NCBI GenBank assembly: GCA_013239625.1 | Contig: MU056000.1 | Location: 10,179,175-10,243,174, forward strand | DNA length: 64,000 bases | Source: Lama guanicoe | Lineage: Eukaryota | Reading direction: 5' to 3' | Shown here: positions 12,961 to 26,127 of the stretch, one piece after another | Layout of the letters: each line of letters begins with the position of its first letter | Numbering within the stretch: the first letter of the stretch is position 1 | Notes under the pieces: generated by a model | The model's input: only the letters and a program-made list of their open reading frames with translations | Told to the model about the DNA's origin: nothing | Database searches by the model: none | Made by a program: the position numbers and the translations under genes

Positions 12961-13124
12961 AGAACTGCTGACTTCCTAGAAGTCAAGAACCTTCTGGGCC
13001 CCAACACCTGAGAGGTTGTCAGAGGAAGGATGCGGCCCTTTCCTGGCCTGGTCCAGTTCCCAGGTCTGTGTCAGTCATTTCTCCTTCTGGAGTGATTCCA
13101 GGTTGTCTGTTTTCATTCCGGTAG

Positions 13125-13247
13125 ATGTTTGACTGGATCACACACAACAAGGGCCTGTTTCTGAACAGCTACACTGAGATTGGGACCAGCCATCCTCACG
13201 CGATGGAGCTTCAGACGCAGCACAACCACTTCGCCATGAACTGCATG
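13125..13247 (+). CDS. TRIO: TRIO coding exon (~exon 6), spectrin repeat
   Basis: ccggtag|ATGTTT...TGCATG|gtaaga, 123 nt; MFDWITHNKGLFLNSYTEIGTSHPHAMELQTQHNHFAMNCM. Not in the ORF track (read by hand). Confidence 0.96.
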
Positions 13248-13311
13248 GTAAGATGCTGTCAGGGCAGAGGTGTCCCGTCTGGGAAGGTGCCTCAATAAGC
13301 AGGAGGTATTT

Positions 13312-13684
13312 CATACGAGATCACTTATATGTGGGATCTAAAAAAAAAGACAAACGAACTTATTTGTAAAACAGAAACAAACTCACAGACATAGAAAACA
13401 AACTTATGGTTGCCAGGAGGGGAAGGGGTGGGAAGGGATAAATTGGGAGTTCGAGATTTGCAGCTACTAACTGATATATATAAAATAGATAAACAACAAG
13501 TTCATACTGTATAGCACAGGAAACTATAATATCTTGTAGTAACTTACGGTGAAAAAAATATGACAATGAATATATGTTTATTCATGTATGACTGAAGCAT
13601 TGTGCTGTACACCAGAGATTGACACAACATTGTAAACTGACTATACTTCAATAAAAAAATATATATATATATATATATATATAA
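13312..13684 (+). mobile_element. LINE-1 3'UTR fragment, sense, with polyA signal and A/(AT)n tail
   Basis: atcacttatatgtgggatctaaaa...gactatacttcaataaaaaaaatatata; degenerate TSD aataagcaggaggtattt / aataaacgagaggtgctt. Confidence 0.92.
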
Positions 13685-14919
13685 AATAAACGAGAGGTGC
13701 TTGTACAAGTCGTGCCTAGCGCGCTGGTAGGAGACCATGCAGGGCCTTCACAGTTACTGACTGATGGTAGCAGCTGACCTCCAAGTGTGGGAAATTCTCT
13801 GTGTTAGCACTGTTTAAGGAGCTTGTTGTAAGTTTTAAATAAACAAAAACGAAAACCAGCAAACAAACAAACCAGTGAAACTTGAACCAATTCCTTGGCC
13901 AGTTCAGCTTGCGTGATTTTGATGCTGGCGCCTGCATTGCACCTCTTTGAAGCCTGCTGGGGCTCCAGAAAAGCTTTTCGGAGGCCATGTGAGTCTTCCG
14001 ATCCCGCCCAGTCAGTTTGCTGGCTGTCCGTCTCGATGAAGAAATAGGGTGGCCTGCTGCTCCCCTCAGGGGCCTCCCGTCCTCCTGAAATGTGAGAGTG
14101 CCTCCCAAGTTGAACTGAAGGACGGGGGTCTGGATGTCAGCCTTGCCTGGGATCCTTTGACTCTCTCTGATGCCCTTGGCCTGTTGTGATTCGGTGGGGC
14201 TGGTGTTGTGAGACTGCAGGGCAAAACAAACCAAAAACCAACCAAACAGACAAAAACCCCAAAAACCAGCAGTGACTTTTCAGTAGCACTCTTAATACAT
14301 TTTGGATTTACTGTAACTAAAATAAAACTACATGTTGTTCTATAGCCTATATAGACAGTTAAACTTCTAGGAGTTCTCACTTCAGAGACCAAGTTTTGGT
14401 GTGGACTTGGAGCTAGACTTATGAGAGTTAGCCGCTCTCAGCCTTGTAATGCATGTGAAAGAGCAATGAGGCAGTATGATGAGGTCTTTGTTTAAATTCG
14501 TTCAGTAAGATGCCATTTAATTAAAGTTTAGTCCACAAGGTGTGCCACTTTAGGTAGTTTCAAAGGTAAGATTAGCAATTAAATTTTGTAACAGACATTA
14601 TCTCAACAGTTTGGTATCTTTTCTCGAGTTTGAGATAAGAGAATTTTGGGTTGAAATGATTGAACACGGGCACAGGTGAGGATTTGGGGGAGGCATCTTA
14701 GAAGGATTTCTTCGTAAAAAATTCCTACCAGTGTTTCACAATATTTTGAAACTTCAGCTCATGGCGAAAGGCACATTCAGTCCAGTATATCCCATACTTT
14801 AAAAACTAGAAATATTAAAATAGGTTTTGAAAAAATGAGAAATGAACAGAAAGTCCTCCACCCTCCAGCATTATTAGTGACACACTTTGGAATTAGCAGA
14901 AGAGGCAGCTTGTGGGGAA

Positions 14920-15130
14920 GACAGGAGCATGGGTTGTGAACTTAGAGGTTTTTAATTCTGACTCTGCTGTTTGCCGTGTGACCTGGGCAGTCTGCTTAAT
15001 CTCTGAGCCTCGGTTTCCTCATCTCTTAAGTGGGAAAAATCTCTACCTTATACAGTGCTATGTTATGTTATTTACTTGTATGTCATCCACTATGCAGAGT
15101 GCTGAATCCACAGTAAGTACTTGATAATGG
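14920..15130 (+). mobile_element. MIR SINE
   Basis: gtgtgacctgggcag...cttaatctctgagcctcggtttcctcatct, the MIR core motif. Confidence 0.8.
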
Positions 15131-17327
15131 GAGTTACCATCAGTGATGTTACCAATCTAATTAAAAATACTGTTCATATTTTTAGTGTATTATAGTAAGT
15201 ATGAAACTTAAAAGTATGGGTGATATCTTTTTTTTTTTTTAGGTTTAAGTACATTTCCTCATTGTCTACAATACACTTCTATTAATCCTCCAAGTAAAAG
15301 TATTAGTTAAAAAATGATGTGATAGCCCTGGGCCCTGGGCGGGTGGCAGCCGTTGGGAGAGCTTTCCAGACCTACCAGCCCCTGGTTCTCAGCACCTCCT
15401 GTTTTGCAGAACTGGGGCCTGTTAACGTTCAGCCCTTTCTTGTGTTACCTATAGTGTTTCAAACATTTTTTTTTTGACAAAGAAAATGAAAATACTAGAC
15501 GTCAGTGTGCAGAGCTGACAGTCTTTAAAGAACACGTATTAAGGGGTAGTAACAATTGTGCTCCTTCTCCCGTCACAGGTATTTTTGAAGGCGATGATGA
15601 TAAATCTAGGTGTGGGTCCCTGTAACGTGGGGGACGATATGTCGCCATGTTTGTATGCACGTTCGTTTTGGGTGTGGGCCACCACACTTCTGTGTCCTGC
15701 TGTGCCTGACAGAGGTCTGGGTGAGGCACAGTTCATAGACCAGCATGTCCCATGTGGACATAGAAGCATTGCAGGACCTTGTAACAGCATCTGGGTGGGA
15801 AGGAGTCCCCTCCGTGGGTCCCCCGATAGTGCTGTCCAAGTGGGCAGCTCTTCTCCGGATCCAGAGAGCATCTGTCTCTGCTCTTCCAAACACACCTTGT
15901 GGGTTGATTTTCCCCTTTAAGGATACGGAGAATGCCAAGTTCAGTGAGTCTGGTCACCTGTCTTTAGAGAGAACGCATGTCTGAAGGGGAGGATTGCTCT
16001 TGACTTAAAGGACACTACCTAGCGCATTAATGCCACACGAGACAGCGAGGCCAGCTTCCCACGGATCGTGGCCTTGACTGACTGTCACCGCCTCACCAAG
16101 TGCCCTCTCTCCCTGCCTTGGTAGACACCCGGGCATTTGTCAGCTGATTCGAGCCTGCCGCCCAGAAAGGCACCTCAGAGGCTGGCGTCTGTGGCTGTCT
16201 AATCCCTGATAAAGCAACTCCACCTGGTTTAGAAATGGAGAAAAAGAATGAGTAAATGAAGCTACAGAGAAAGAAGGGACAAGGAGATTCTTAGGACGCT
16301 GACTTGGGTGGGCTGCAGACTAGGTGACAGTCACAAGGCTCTTGCAGGGGTCCAGGTGCGAGGCAGTGGGAGACTTGCCCAGTGGACCGCAGTGGGAAGG
16401 GAGAAGGGGGAGGGGAAATGGAGAGGAGTTTGGGCAGGTTGGGTAATTAGATCTGACTTAGGGGCAAGACTGGAAGGAGCTAAAGATTAGTCTGTGATTT
16501 GGGGAGACCCATTGCGAGGTGCAGTGTTGCAATGCCTCACAGAAATAATAGCTGATGAATGCATGAAGAGCACCATCCTGGGATTTGTTGAAAGTGTGCG
16601 TTCCCCACCCCACCCCTTACGTCATGTGACCTTAAAGAAGAATGCAGGTGCGAAGGGAAATACCATAGTGAGAACTTTCGTAAGAAAAGTGTTTTGTTTT
16701 TTTTTAAAGCCTTGCCCCTTTATGTTTGGAGTACACTAGTGGACTTGAAGATAGAGATTTCAGCAGAGGTGAAGAGCTTGATTGAAAGTTTGAACACAGC
16801 ATTGTTCTGTTCCTGCCCCAATTCATATCCCTTGGTGAAAGTGAATTTATTTATAGAAGATTTTCTGTTGGCACCAGGAAGATGACTTGGGTTTATGCAG
16901 AAAGGAGAGCTTGTTTTCACACGAAATAGCCTTTGGTTGCTAAGTACAGAGTTTGTAGTGTCTGGGTTCTAGTTACCAACTGCAGTGACAGGTTCCCGTG
17001 GTTCTGGGTGACCGCCTGCCATCTGGACCCTTTTCAGGATTGGAGGCCAGGAAGCGAGTCTTGGTCCATTCGCGTGCACCTGCTTCTGTGTGATTGCCTT
17101 GTGCCTAACAGCGTTGCTCTCTGCTAGTTGATTTGTAAGTTTGCAGTTTGAAAATAGCAGCTGAAGGCAGAACTTCAGAGTGTGTGGAGTCCAGACAGCA
17201 GACGCGTGTCCTGTTCTCCGCCAGGTGATTCTGCTGCCGAAGCGGAGGTGTTAAGCCCGCGTTCCTCGGGGAGATGCCCGTTGCGTGCCTTCCCCGGACG
17301 AGCCCTCTTTCTCTGCCCCTTTCGCAG

Positions 17328-17519
17328 AACGTGTACGTCAACATAAACCGCATCATGTCGGTGGCCAACCGCTTGGTGGAGTCGGGCCACTACGCCTCCC
17401 AGCAGATCAAGCAGATCGCAAATCAGCTGGAGCAGGAGTGGAAGGCGTTCGCCGCCGCCCTGGACGAGCGCAGCACCCTGCTGGACATGTCCTCCGTCTT
17501 CCACCAGAAGGCCGAGAAG
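17328..17519 (+). CDS. TRIO: TRIO coding exon (~exon 7), spectrin repeat
   Basis: ttcgcag|AACGTG...GAGAAG|gtcagt, 192 nt; NVYVNINRIMSVANRLVESGHYASQQIKQIANQLEQEWKAFAAALDERSTLLDMSSVFHQKAEK. Confidence 0.97.
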
Positions 17520-17689
17520 GTCAGTGATCGGCACCCCCGCCCCAGCCCCCTCCTGCCCCAGCACCCCCCATCCACGCGGCTGGTCCTCCAGGGCCCTCGG
17601 AGCTCTGAGTCGGCCAGCTGTGCTTCAGCCCCAGCTCCTCACCCCTGCTGTGCAACCTTATTCACATTCTTCTTTCACCCCTCTGTCCC

Positions 17690-17810
17690 TCTCTTGTGTC
17701 ATTTGTAAAGTGGAAATACAATTACCTACTTGAGGGGCAGTTTTACGGTGTAAATGAGTTAACTCGCGTTAGGTGCCCTGCATGGTGGCTGGTGCGCAGC
17801 GAGCACTGAT
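17690..17810 (+). mobile_element. MIR remnant
   Basis: tcatttgtaaagtggaaatacaattacctact...gtaaatgagttaac. Confidence 0.5.
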
Positions 17811-17904
17811 AATCCGTACCTGAGGCTGTTCTGTCTGCCTCCTCCCTCCTCCCGATCCGCTTCTTCCTCGGGATCGTCACTCGAGAGTCCCAGTTAGGAC
17901 ACTT

Positions 17905-18270
17905 GGGCAGCAAGTAACAGAATGCCTAGAGGTCAGGCTTAAACCTCAGGGGTTTTCTTTTCTCATAGGACAGGAAGTTGCAAAGCACAGGGAGTTGTAG
18001 CCTCGTGATGACGCCAGGGCTGGGTCTGCTCTTGGCCTGGCAGTCCTGGGTGTGCGCCACCGCTCCCAGCACCAGCCCCTCAACCGCTGTGTCCAGTGCA
18101 TGCAAGGGTGATGGTGTCTGTTCCTGTCACTTTCATCAGGGCAGAAGGTCCCTGCAGCCCAGCCTGCTTACCCTCAGTTCCCTGGGCCAGGAGGGGGGTG
18201 CACGCCTGCACCCTGGCTGCAGGAGAGGGTGGAAGAGGGAGGGTTTAGCTTTCCAGCCTCCCCTGCAGAG
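17905..18270. mobile_element. MaLR (MLT1-like) LTR remnant
   Basis: gcaagtaacagaa...ggcttaaac...ttttctcata and ccctggctgcaggagagggtggaagag...tttagctttccagcctc resemble old MLT1 ends (recalled). Confidence 0.5.
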
Positions 18271-20669
18271 GCAGACTCTGCCAGCAAGGGCCGGGGTAGA
18301 AGAGTGGCTTTTGGGTAGACAGACGGTTTACGGTGTCTTTCATGATTATGAAGTTCGTTGCATGGATTTGGGCTTCACATGGGCTTCACCTGCTGGTGTG
18401 CTGGACATGTTACCATATTTCAGAGGTAGTGTGTGATGTGTGCCCCCAGCAGTCTCCACACTCCCACAGACAAGCAACCTGCTGAAATGAACACGCTTGG
18501 AAAACAGCAGAAGGAAAGTGAATTACTTGTGACCCAGACGCTAGTGGTAGAAGGTGCGATGGGCAGTGAAACACCTTTTCAAGACGTGAAGAAAGATAGA
18601 GCACAGGAACTTTCAGCGACTAGAAAGACAGGAGGAAGAGACACATGGTTGCCTTCACTAGAAGGAAAAATGCTAATATGGCTTCCTCAGGGATAATTTA
18701 TTGGGGGAAAAACCCCCTGTTCATAGGGGTTTGCAATGATGCTTCTCAGAAGGGAATAGTAACCCTTTAGTCTAGAAATAGTCTCCACTGGGGAGTGAAG
18801 ACACAGGAGGGTCGAGGCCCCAGCTTGCCTGGGATCTTGGCAAGGCTGCTGGAATGTTGCACAAGACACTAATTAGTAGTGATCTCAGCTCTAGAAACCT
18901 TTACAGTGTGAAGCAAGAGAGGAAACGGAGTGGGATGGAGAGGGGAAAATCTTAATAGCCTCCTGTGAAGGCTGCGAGTGGGAACTCCCGGGTTTCAGTG
19001 GTAAGATTTTTCTATTTACTAACCTTGTGCCTGTAACTAGTTTTGTAATAAAAGAGAAACAAAAGCCCCCACACAAAACAGTCTGTTTTAAAGTGGCAAG
19101 ATCCCCCTTCAGCATGAAACAGCACTGTCTACATTCACCTCTGGTCCCTGTCATTGTCAAGATCATGATGTATTCACTGGACTTTGTTGTGAGTGGGAGA
19201 TGAGCTGTGTGGTCCTGGCTCATCTGCCATCTGGATTGTAACATAGTAGGGGGTACCGCAACCCCCTGGGCGTGGGCATGGACATGTGTACGTTGGGAAC
19301 GGGCCCTCAGAAGGGTCCCTTAGGATGATGTAAATAAATTTGAAGTAGGACAAGCTGCTTGGAGGAATGGCAAGTCATCTGAAGCATAATAACACATAGA
19401 GAAAGTCTCTTTCATAGACATGGCAGGCTTCAGAATTGCAAATAAACCCAGAAGATTACTTGCTGCTCTGACCTGTCTGAAAATGATATAGAAATCTGGG
19501 TGCCATGAGGCACCCCCCACCAGTGTTTTATTATCAAAAATTTAAAACACACACCAAAGTCAAAAGAGCCTGGGTATTTTTATTTGGATAAGATTGAATG
19601 GCTGTAAGTTACGAGTTTGAAGGAAACGAAGCTAGATAAATACATGCTGAACGTGTTGTCCCACGTGAGCTCTGACAGGGCTTGTGGTCTCCATGTGTAT
19701 CAGTGGCCAGAGAAGAAGCCAGGTATGTGTGACCTCAGAGACAGGGTGGGCTAGTGAGAAAGGCTGGCATCTCTGACGGACACTGATGGGACAGACAGTG
19801 CGGCCTGCACCAGGCAACTGAAATGTGCAGGTGGGACCTCTGGGCAGCTCCTGGAAGTATTTACCCTCAGGTTCAAGTGTAGTGCGTATCTTCCCCTTGA
19901 CTGAAATTCGGATCCATGGAAGGAGATCACACCTGCTGAGGAGTTTTCCTCTTCCCAAGAGAGGGATCCAGGAAGAGGTCAGCTTTGTCTCCTCTGTTTA
20001 AATACTTTGCGTTCTAGTTACGCTGAAGCTGTTTTCATAAACTCAGTTGGGAAAGGCCCAGAACTTGGACCTCATCAGTTAGGTTTCCATCATAGCCACC
20101 CTTTGAACTTCATCCAGAGTGCCATGAAGAATTTAAATCTGATTAGGGGACGTAGGGGTCAGCTGTGGGACTGTGTGGTTAATGGTCTTAGTAAAGGCAG
20201 CAGCCGTCCTGGAAGGGTGACAGCTGATAGCTTTGTAGGTGAGCGTGCTGAGCGCCCGCCCGCCCCCCTGGCTCTGCGGGTGTTCTCGTGTTGGTGTCTG
20301 CATGTGGTTTTATAAATACACATCTTCAGGTTAAAACTGGATGAGGATGACACATCCAGCGACGTCTTGGCCGTTCCTTTACTCTCACACTGTCATCCCT
20401 GGTGAGGTGTGTGCTGGGTCAGAGCATCAGCCTGCTGATCTGGGAGCACAGCCACAGAGCTGGTGGTTTTACCCAGAGGTGATGTTTAGGGGTCCAGCCT
20501 CCTCTTTTTTTTTTTTTTTTGGTCATGTGTTATATCTCTTTATATTAAGAAGCTTCCATTGCAAATGTTATTTGAATTACCTTTTAATAAATCCAAGAGT
20601 TAAAGTGACTTGATTTTACCACACCTTAAAATCTCCAATTTTTACTATTTAAAAAAAAAATTATTAGAG

Positions 20670-20899
20670 CTGCGCTGTCCAGTATAGTAGCCGGTCACCA
20701 TGTGTGGCTATTGAAGGTACTTTCAAGTTCAATAAAATTTGTTAATAAAATAATTTAAAAATTGAATTCAATTAAGCTGCACTTCCTTAGTCACAGTACC
20801 CACATTTCAGATAGTCGGTAGCAGCATGTGGCTGGTGGCCGTCGTCCTGGGCAGGACGGCTGCGCGTTTCCATAACTGCAGGAGGTTCTGCTAGTGCTG
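20670..20899 (-). mobile_element. MER3-like hAT-Charlie MITE
   Basis: ctgcgctgtccagtatagtagcc...atgtgtggctattgaa, AT-rich centre, then cacatttcag...catgtggctggtggcc...gttctgctagtgctg. Confidence 0.75.
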
Positions 20900-23800
20900 G
20901 TGCAGGTTTGCCTTCAGCGTGAACCATAGATCTGAGCACCTCATTCTATCCATGACTTGAAGGGTCTGTAATCTGACAATAGCCAAAAACAAGACAGCAG
21001 GCAGGATTTGTGGTGTTCTTTACAAGTGACAGAGCTCCGTAACACGCAGTCTCGTCTCATCCTTAAACCACCCAGTGAAGTAGATGGGGCTGGTGCTGTT
21101 ACCGACCTTGTGTTCTCTTTGGAGGGTGATTCGCCCCAGCTGGGGCTTTCATTGAGGTCTAGGAAAGTCTTTTGTTCCTGACATAATTGTACACTATTTC
21201 ACAAACAGAGCATTTACCTGAATTTTCTTCTAAAATTTCACTTTCCATACAAAATATTAGAAGTTAACATTTACTGTAAATGTATAATGGTATCATCTGG
21301 AAAATTTTATCCTAAGTCTGGGTTAAAATTTATAGGAAAATAGCACGAATACTGCTGCAGTATTCCCTTTTGCACTTCTAAGGCAAAGACTACACTTGTA
21401 ATTGTTCCTGTTGTAATGTCGTTTCACATTATTACAAGTAAAGGTCTAATTCTTGGCTTATAGTAGAACAAAAACAAGATTCTCATATAACAGGAATTGG
21501 AATATACATATGCATGTATGAAAGAAGAAGGTATTAATGAAAACAGATGTAAGATTCTTAGAGTGATCACTGCATATTTTGGTTCAGGTTGAACCTGTCT
21601 TCTCCAGGTTACTGGGCTGGAGTGGTCAGACCTGGATTCACAAGTGAAAAAGGCTTCACCCCTCCTGTAATGTTGCTGAGCAGAGAAGGGAGCTCATCTC
21701 TTGTAAAGGAACGAGGAGAAGAGAGTGTGCTTATTAATATTCAGGGAGTAGAAATGATGGAATAAAAAGAAAAAATAGCATTGTTATTTCTTAGAAATGA
21801 AAGCAGAAGATGAAGAAATAAGAAAGGAAACTCTAAAGTTTGAATTCATATATAATATATGTATGTAATTCAGCCAGTCTTAATTTTTCCAAAGAGGAGA
21901 AAAATCCCCCTAATAAGTGTTTTAAACATTTACATTCTAGGAAGATTCGGTCCCTTTGTCTCCGAAATCAGACTAACCACCTGCGCTCAGCGGATGCTCC
22001 GTTGGGAGCTCCTGGTGGGTGTGAAACTCACTAGCTTGGAGGGTCCCAGCAGAGCGAGCCCGGGTGGCGCCCCCACTCTCAGCAGATGGAGAGTAGTGGA
22101 ATAAATGCTTCTGAAAATAAGTCTGCTAATTAGTTATCCAGGCTGTCTTTTTAAAGCTTGTGTGTTAATCGCTCGCCCTGTCTTCTTGCCTCACTTTTGC
22201 AAACCGGTTGGCCCAGGCTCCTTTCCTCTTAGATTGAGCAGCACCCGAGTGACCATTCCGCTGTGAGCAGAATCCCCAGGTCTGAAGCCGGCTCCTAATC
22301 TGAATTGATGGGGAAGCCTCAGATGCCCTTGCACTCTTCTGCCTCTGCCCGCATTCTGGCCAGATGCTGTGTGTTCACATATTTTGGTCTACATTTGAGC
22401 ATGTAAAGCATCGGAGACTAAACCGGTGCCCTGGCCCCACGAGAGTTCAGCAGCCACCTCTGTCATCGTCCTCCCCAGTGTATCATGCTCTGTGCTCGAC
22501 GTGTCCCCTGAAGCTGCGACCCCAGCCTGTATTTGCCAAGATGGTGAGAGGTGTCTGTGTGGAGGGGGAGTGTAGCAGAGTGGCCGGACAGGTTTTTAAG
22601 CAGATACACCAGCTTCCCCTCACTGCATTCACAGTGCACACTGTCATATTAAGAGGCTCTGGGAGATTCTGTTCTATACGTCCCTGTTGAGCTTTGACAC
22701 CAAACTTGACCCCAGGATTCTTTTCCTTTGCAGAATGCCTGCTAACATCTTCTGTCTCTGCTCTCTGAATGGGGATTGCTGCCCTGGTGGCCTTGGCTTC
22801 AGACCCTCTGGGTGTTCAGGCTTTCAGGAAGCATTCAGGGCCCAGAGCTTGCCCTTTGGAGCAAGGATTGCCATCTCATAAATGAAAGACAAAAATCATG
22901 CTTGTGCCAGAGTCCCTGTAAAACCATGGCCAGGTTTATTTCTGTCCTTGGGATGCTTTAGCCCCGTGAGTTTACATGTGCAGAATCCTTTTTCCCGCAA
23001 GATTTCCATTTTATAAGCTACCCTGCCCTGTGTTTTTAAAACCTACCTACATTTTTGCAGGTAAATATAATCACTACCTCTCAGGATACTTTGAGAAGTT
23101 ATAGATAGGTTACTTTTACTACAGGTATTCATAAAACTGCTTGATTGTTTCTTTACTGATTGCTTCAAGAATTGGGGTTGAATATATTGAGCAGTCATTT
23201 TGATACAATAATATATTAGTCTGACACGTCTGCTTGTTGTGAAGTATTATACAACTAAAACCTCTTTTCATCTTGTTATTTCAGAAGCATTTTAACCTCT
23301 TCTTAACAGGTTGCAACTCTGTTTTGGGCGTTTTGCAGTGGCCAGTGAGCAGGAGATATTAATTGCTGGCTTGACCTGATTGATGATTTATTAATGATGG
23401 TGGTTAACCTCAGTCAATTCATGTTTGAAAAAGGTTTACAATAATTTAATAATCAGTGTTAAAGGCAATAATGGAAGAAGATAGAGTGAAACAGAGATCC
23501 AGAATACTTATAATCATCAACTTGACCTAACTGACATTTATTTATAGAACGACACCCAAGAAATACTTAAAAATATGCTTAAGTAGTCATACATGATACA
23601 TGTGGAGGGGGAGAGGCATAATTTTATTGGTACTTCCATTGCCTTGTTAGGGAGGCATGGTGGGGGGGAGGGTAACGAGGACACCGCTGTGCCTGCATCC
23701 GTTTAGTCCTGTTTGAAGTCATAAGAAACCACATGCTATCAGATGACACTCAGTGCCATGTGAATTGATTTCGAGCCCTAAGATTTGTATAGAGATATTC

Positions 23801-24609
23801 TTCTGAGCCAATGCATTAATAATAAAGGGATTTTTACAGACAGTTATTACTCGGGTGACTGGTCTGTCCTAGAGTGTCAAGAGAATCATAGCACATCTCT
23901 TGCCTGGCAGGTCAGTTACCCCATTTAAATAGTCACCCTCTGCATTCGGTGATAAGTAGAAAGACGGGGAAGACCTAGAGTACGAAAGTGAAACCCAGGG
24001 AATTGTGTCCGTGTCTGTTTGACTTAACTGAGTTAACGTCTTTCACTGGGCCTTCTGCTTGCCTTGGACACTTACCTGTGATGGGTGCTCATAGGGTCAC
24101 CCTGGGAAATTTGGCAGTGATTTCTCAGCTATTAATGAATCCTGGGATGTGGGGGTGGCAGCGGAGAAAATTGAGTGATTAGAACGGTGGCAGTGGCCCA
24201 GGACCACAGCCTGCAGCCCATACTCTTCTCATTTACAGGCAAAGTGAGACGACCCCAGTGACTCCATGCTGCCCTCAGCCTCCGCGTCCTTCCAGTGGGC
24301 ACAGCCGAGAGAGTTAGGCCCCCTTCACTCGGTCTCTTTTAATTCCTGTGTGCATTTACTTTTGAAAAGGTAGAAAAATGGACCCCCTGCTCTTCCTGAT
24401 GATAGGTAGATGATTTCAGGTGCCTGGACCCCCCCACCCTGTTACCATTTTAATACAAGAGGGAAGCAGGAGGGCCCCTTGCTGTGCAGCTGAGGATGAA
24501 GGCAGGTGGACACGCGGATTCAAAGGTGGGATGGGAGGATTAACCAGGATGCCCCACACAGCTAGCGAGGGGCAGAGGTGCTCCCAGGTGTGACACAGGG
24601 TCCCCTGAG

Positions 24610-24750
24610 GCTGGCGTTTCAAATGCAGATTCCTGGGCCCAGCCCCCGCCCTGCCAGAACCTCAGCTGGGGGTGAGGATGGGGCCTCAGGGTCCAGGAAT
24701 CTGGTCTGAGGACTCACATTAATGCCATTTGAGGTGGAGACTCAACCATG
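24610..24750. mobile_element. MER5-like hAT-Charlie remnant
   Basis: aaatgcagattcctgggccc...ccaggaatctg motif. Confidence 0.5.
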
Positions 24751-24864
24751 CTCTGCTGTTTGACACTCTCTCAACCACCCTTATTTCAACACCACGTTAA
24801 AAAATAGCCACTTATCAATGTCAATTACTGTTGATAGACATGATTTTTTTTTTAACCTTCCAAG

Positions 24865-24996
24865 TATATGAGCAACGTGGACTCATGGTGCAAAGCGTGC
24901 GGCGAGGTGGACCTTCCCTCCGAGCTGCAGGATCTGGAGGACGCCATCCATCACCACCAGGGCATCTACGAGCACATCACCCTGGCTTACTCCGAG
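24865..24996 (+). CDS. TRIO: TRIO coding exon (~exon 8), spectrin repeat
   Basis: ttccaag|TATATG...TCCGAG|gtgcgt, 132 nt; YMSNVDSWCKACGEVDLPSELQDLEDAIHHHQGIYEHITLAYSE. Confidence 0.96.
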
Positions 24997-25984
24997 GTGC
25001 GTGGTCAGTTCTTCCAGTGGAAAGCAGCACTGTTTTTGTGTCGTAGCACTGAAAGCTGCAAAAAATTAAAAAACTAGAAAAGAACTTACAGGTTTCGAGT
25101 TAAAACTGCAGTTTCCTGGTAACTTTTGAACTCGAATGGGAGGGGAACGGGGGGAAGGATAGTAGGTGAAACGGGGTGGAGGCAGAAAGCAAACTTGTGA
25201 CATTTGTGGATTTTCTTTAGAGTGCTTAGATTTCTATCTGTTAAAATGAATGAAATTTTAATCTTACCTACTTGTATTTAGGAAATATGTATATTGTATG
25301 CTATTCAGTCCAGTCAAACCCAGTTTAATCTTCTTGAATGAAACTTTCTAGAAAAAAGGGAAGCTGACGCAGCCTGTGTTCTGGGTAGCGAGGCACACAC
25401 TGTTTCTTCAAGCTGCTTGTGGTTTTAGGAATCTAAGTGGGGTGTTTTATTATTTTAGGGTAAATTAATTATTTAACGTATCCGTGCTTTATTTTCTGCC
25501 ACCTTCTATGCCAGGCTTTGTCGTAAGGATGGTATGTAAATCACTTATTAAACGCCCCCGACTCTGACCCCTCTTACTGACCCCACTGTTACGAACGAGG
25601 TACCTCGGCACGGCAGTGACGTGACTTGGGCCAGGTCAGCAGCTGTAGGAGGCGGAGTGGGGATGGCAACCCAGGCAGGCTGCCTTTGTGCCTTATCACC
25701 TGCTAGATGCAGTGGTGACAAATACACATGGGTCCAGGCGTGACACTCTTGTCCACGTCATGGTCACCTAGCCCTTCAGACCAGTCTGCCTTGACGATGC
25801 TGGTTAAGTTCCTGGAGGTGAGTGTGGGTGGGTCAGAATTCTGTGCCTACATGCTTTCTGCATCTATTGTGAGCATCTATAGTACTGTAGGCTGATATGA
25901 AAGATTACTGTCAGGCCTTGGTAAGAAAGTGTTTCAAACCACCTGGAAGAGGCCTGGGCACAGAGTAGGTAGGTGTTATTGTGT

Positions 25985-26127
25985 GGTCAGCCTTCCATAT
26001 CCCCGGGTTCTGCCTCCAGGGCCAACTGTGCTGCACCATTTTATATAAGGGATTTGAGCATCCACTGATTTTGGTATCCATGGGGGGTCCTAGAACCATT
26101 CTCCCTCATTACCAAGGGACAACTATA
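25985..26127. mobile_element. MER2/Tigger-type TcMar fragment
   Basis: ttgagcatccactgattttggtatccatggggggtcctagaacc...accaagggacaactata. Confidence 0.7.
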
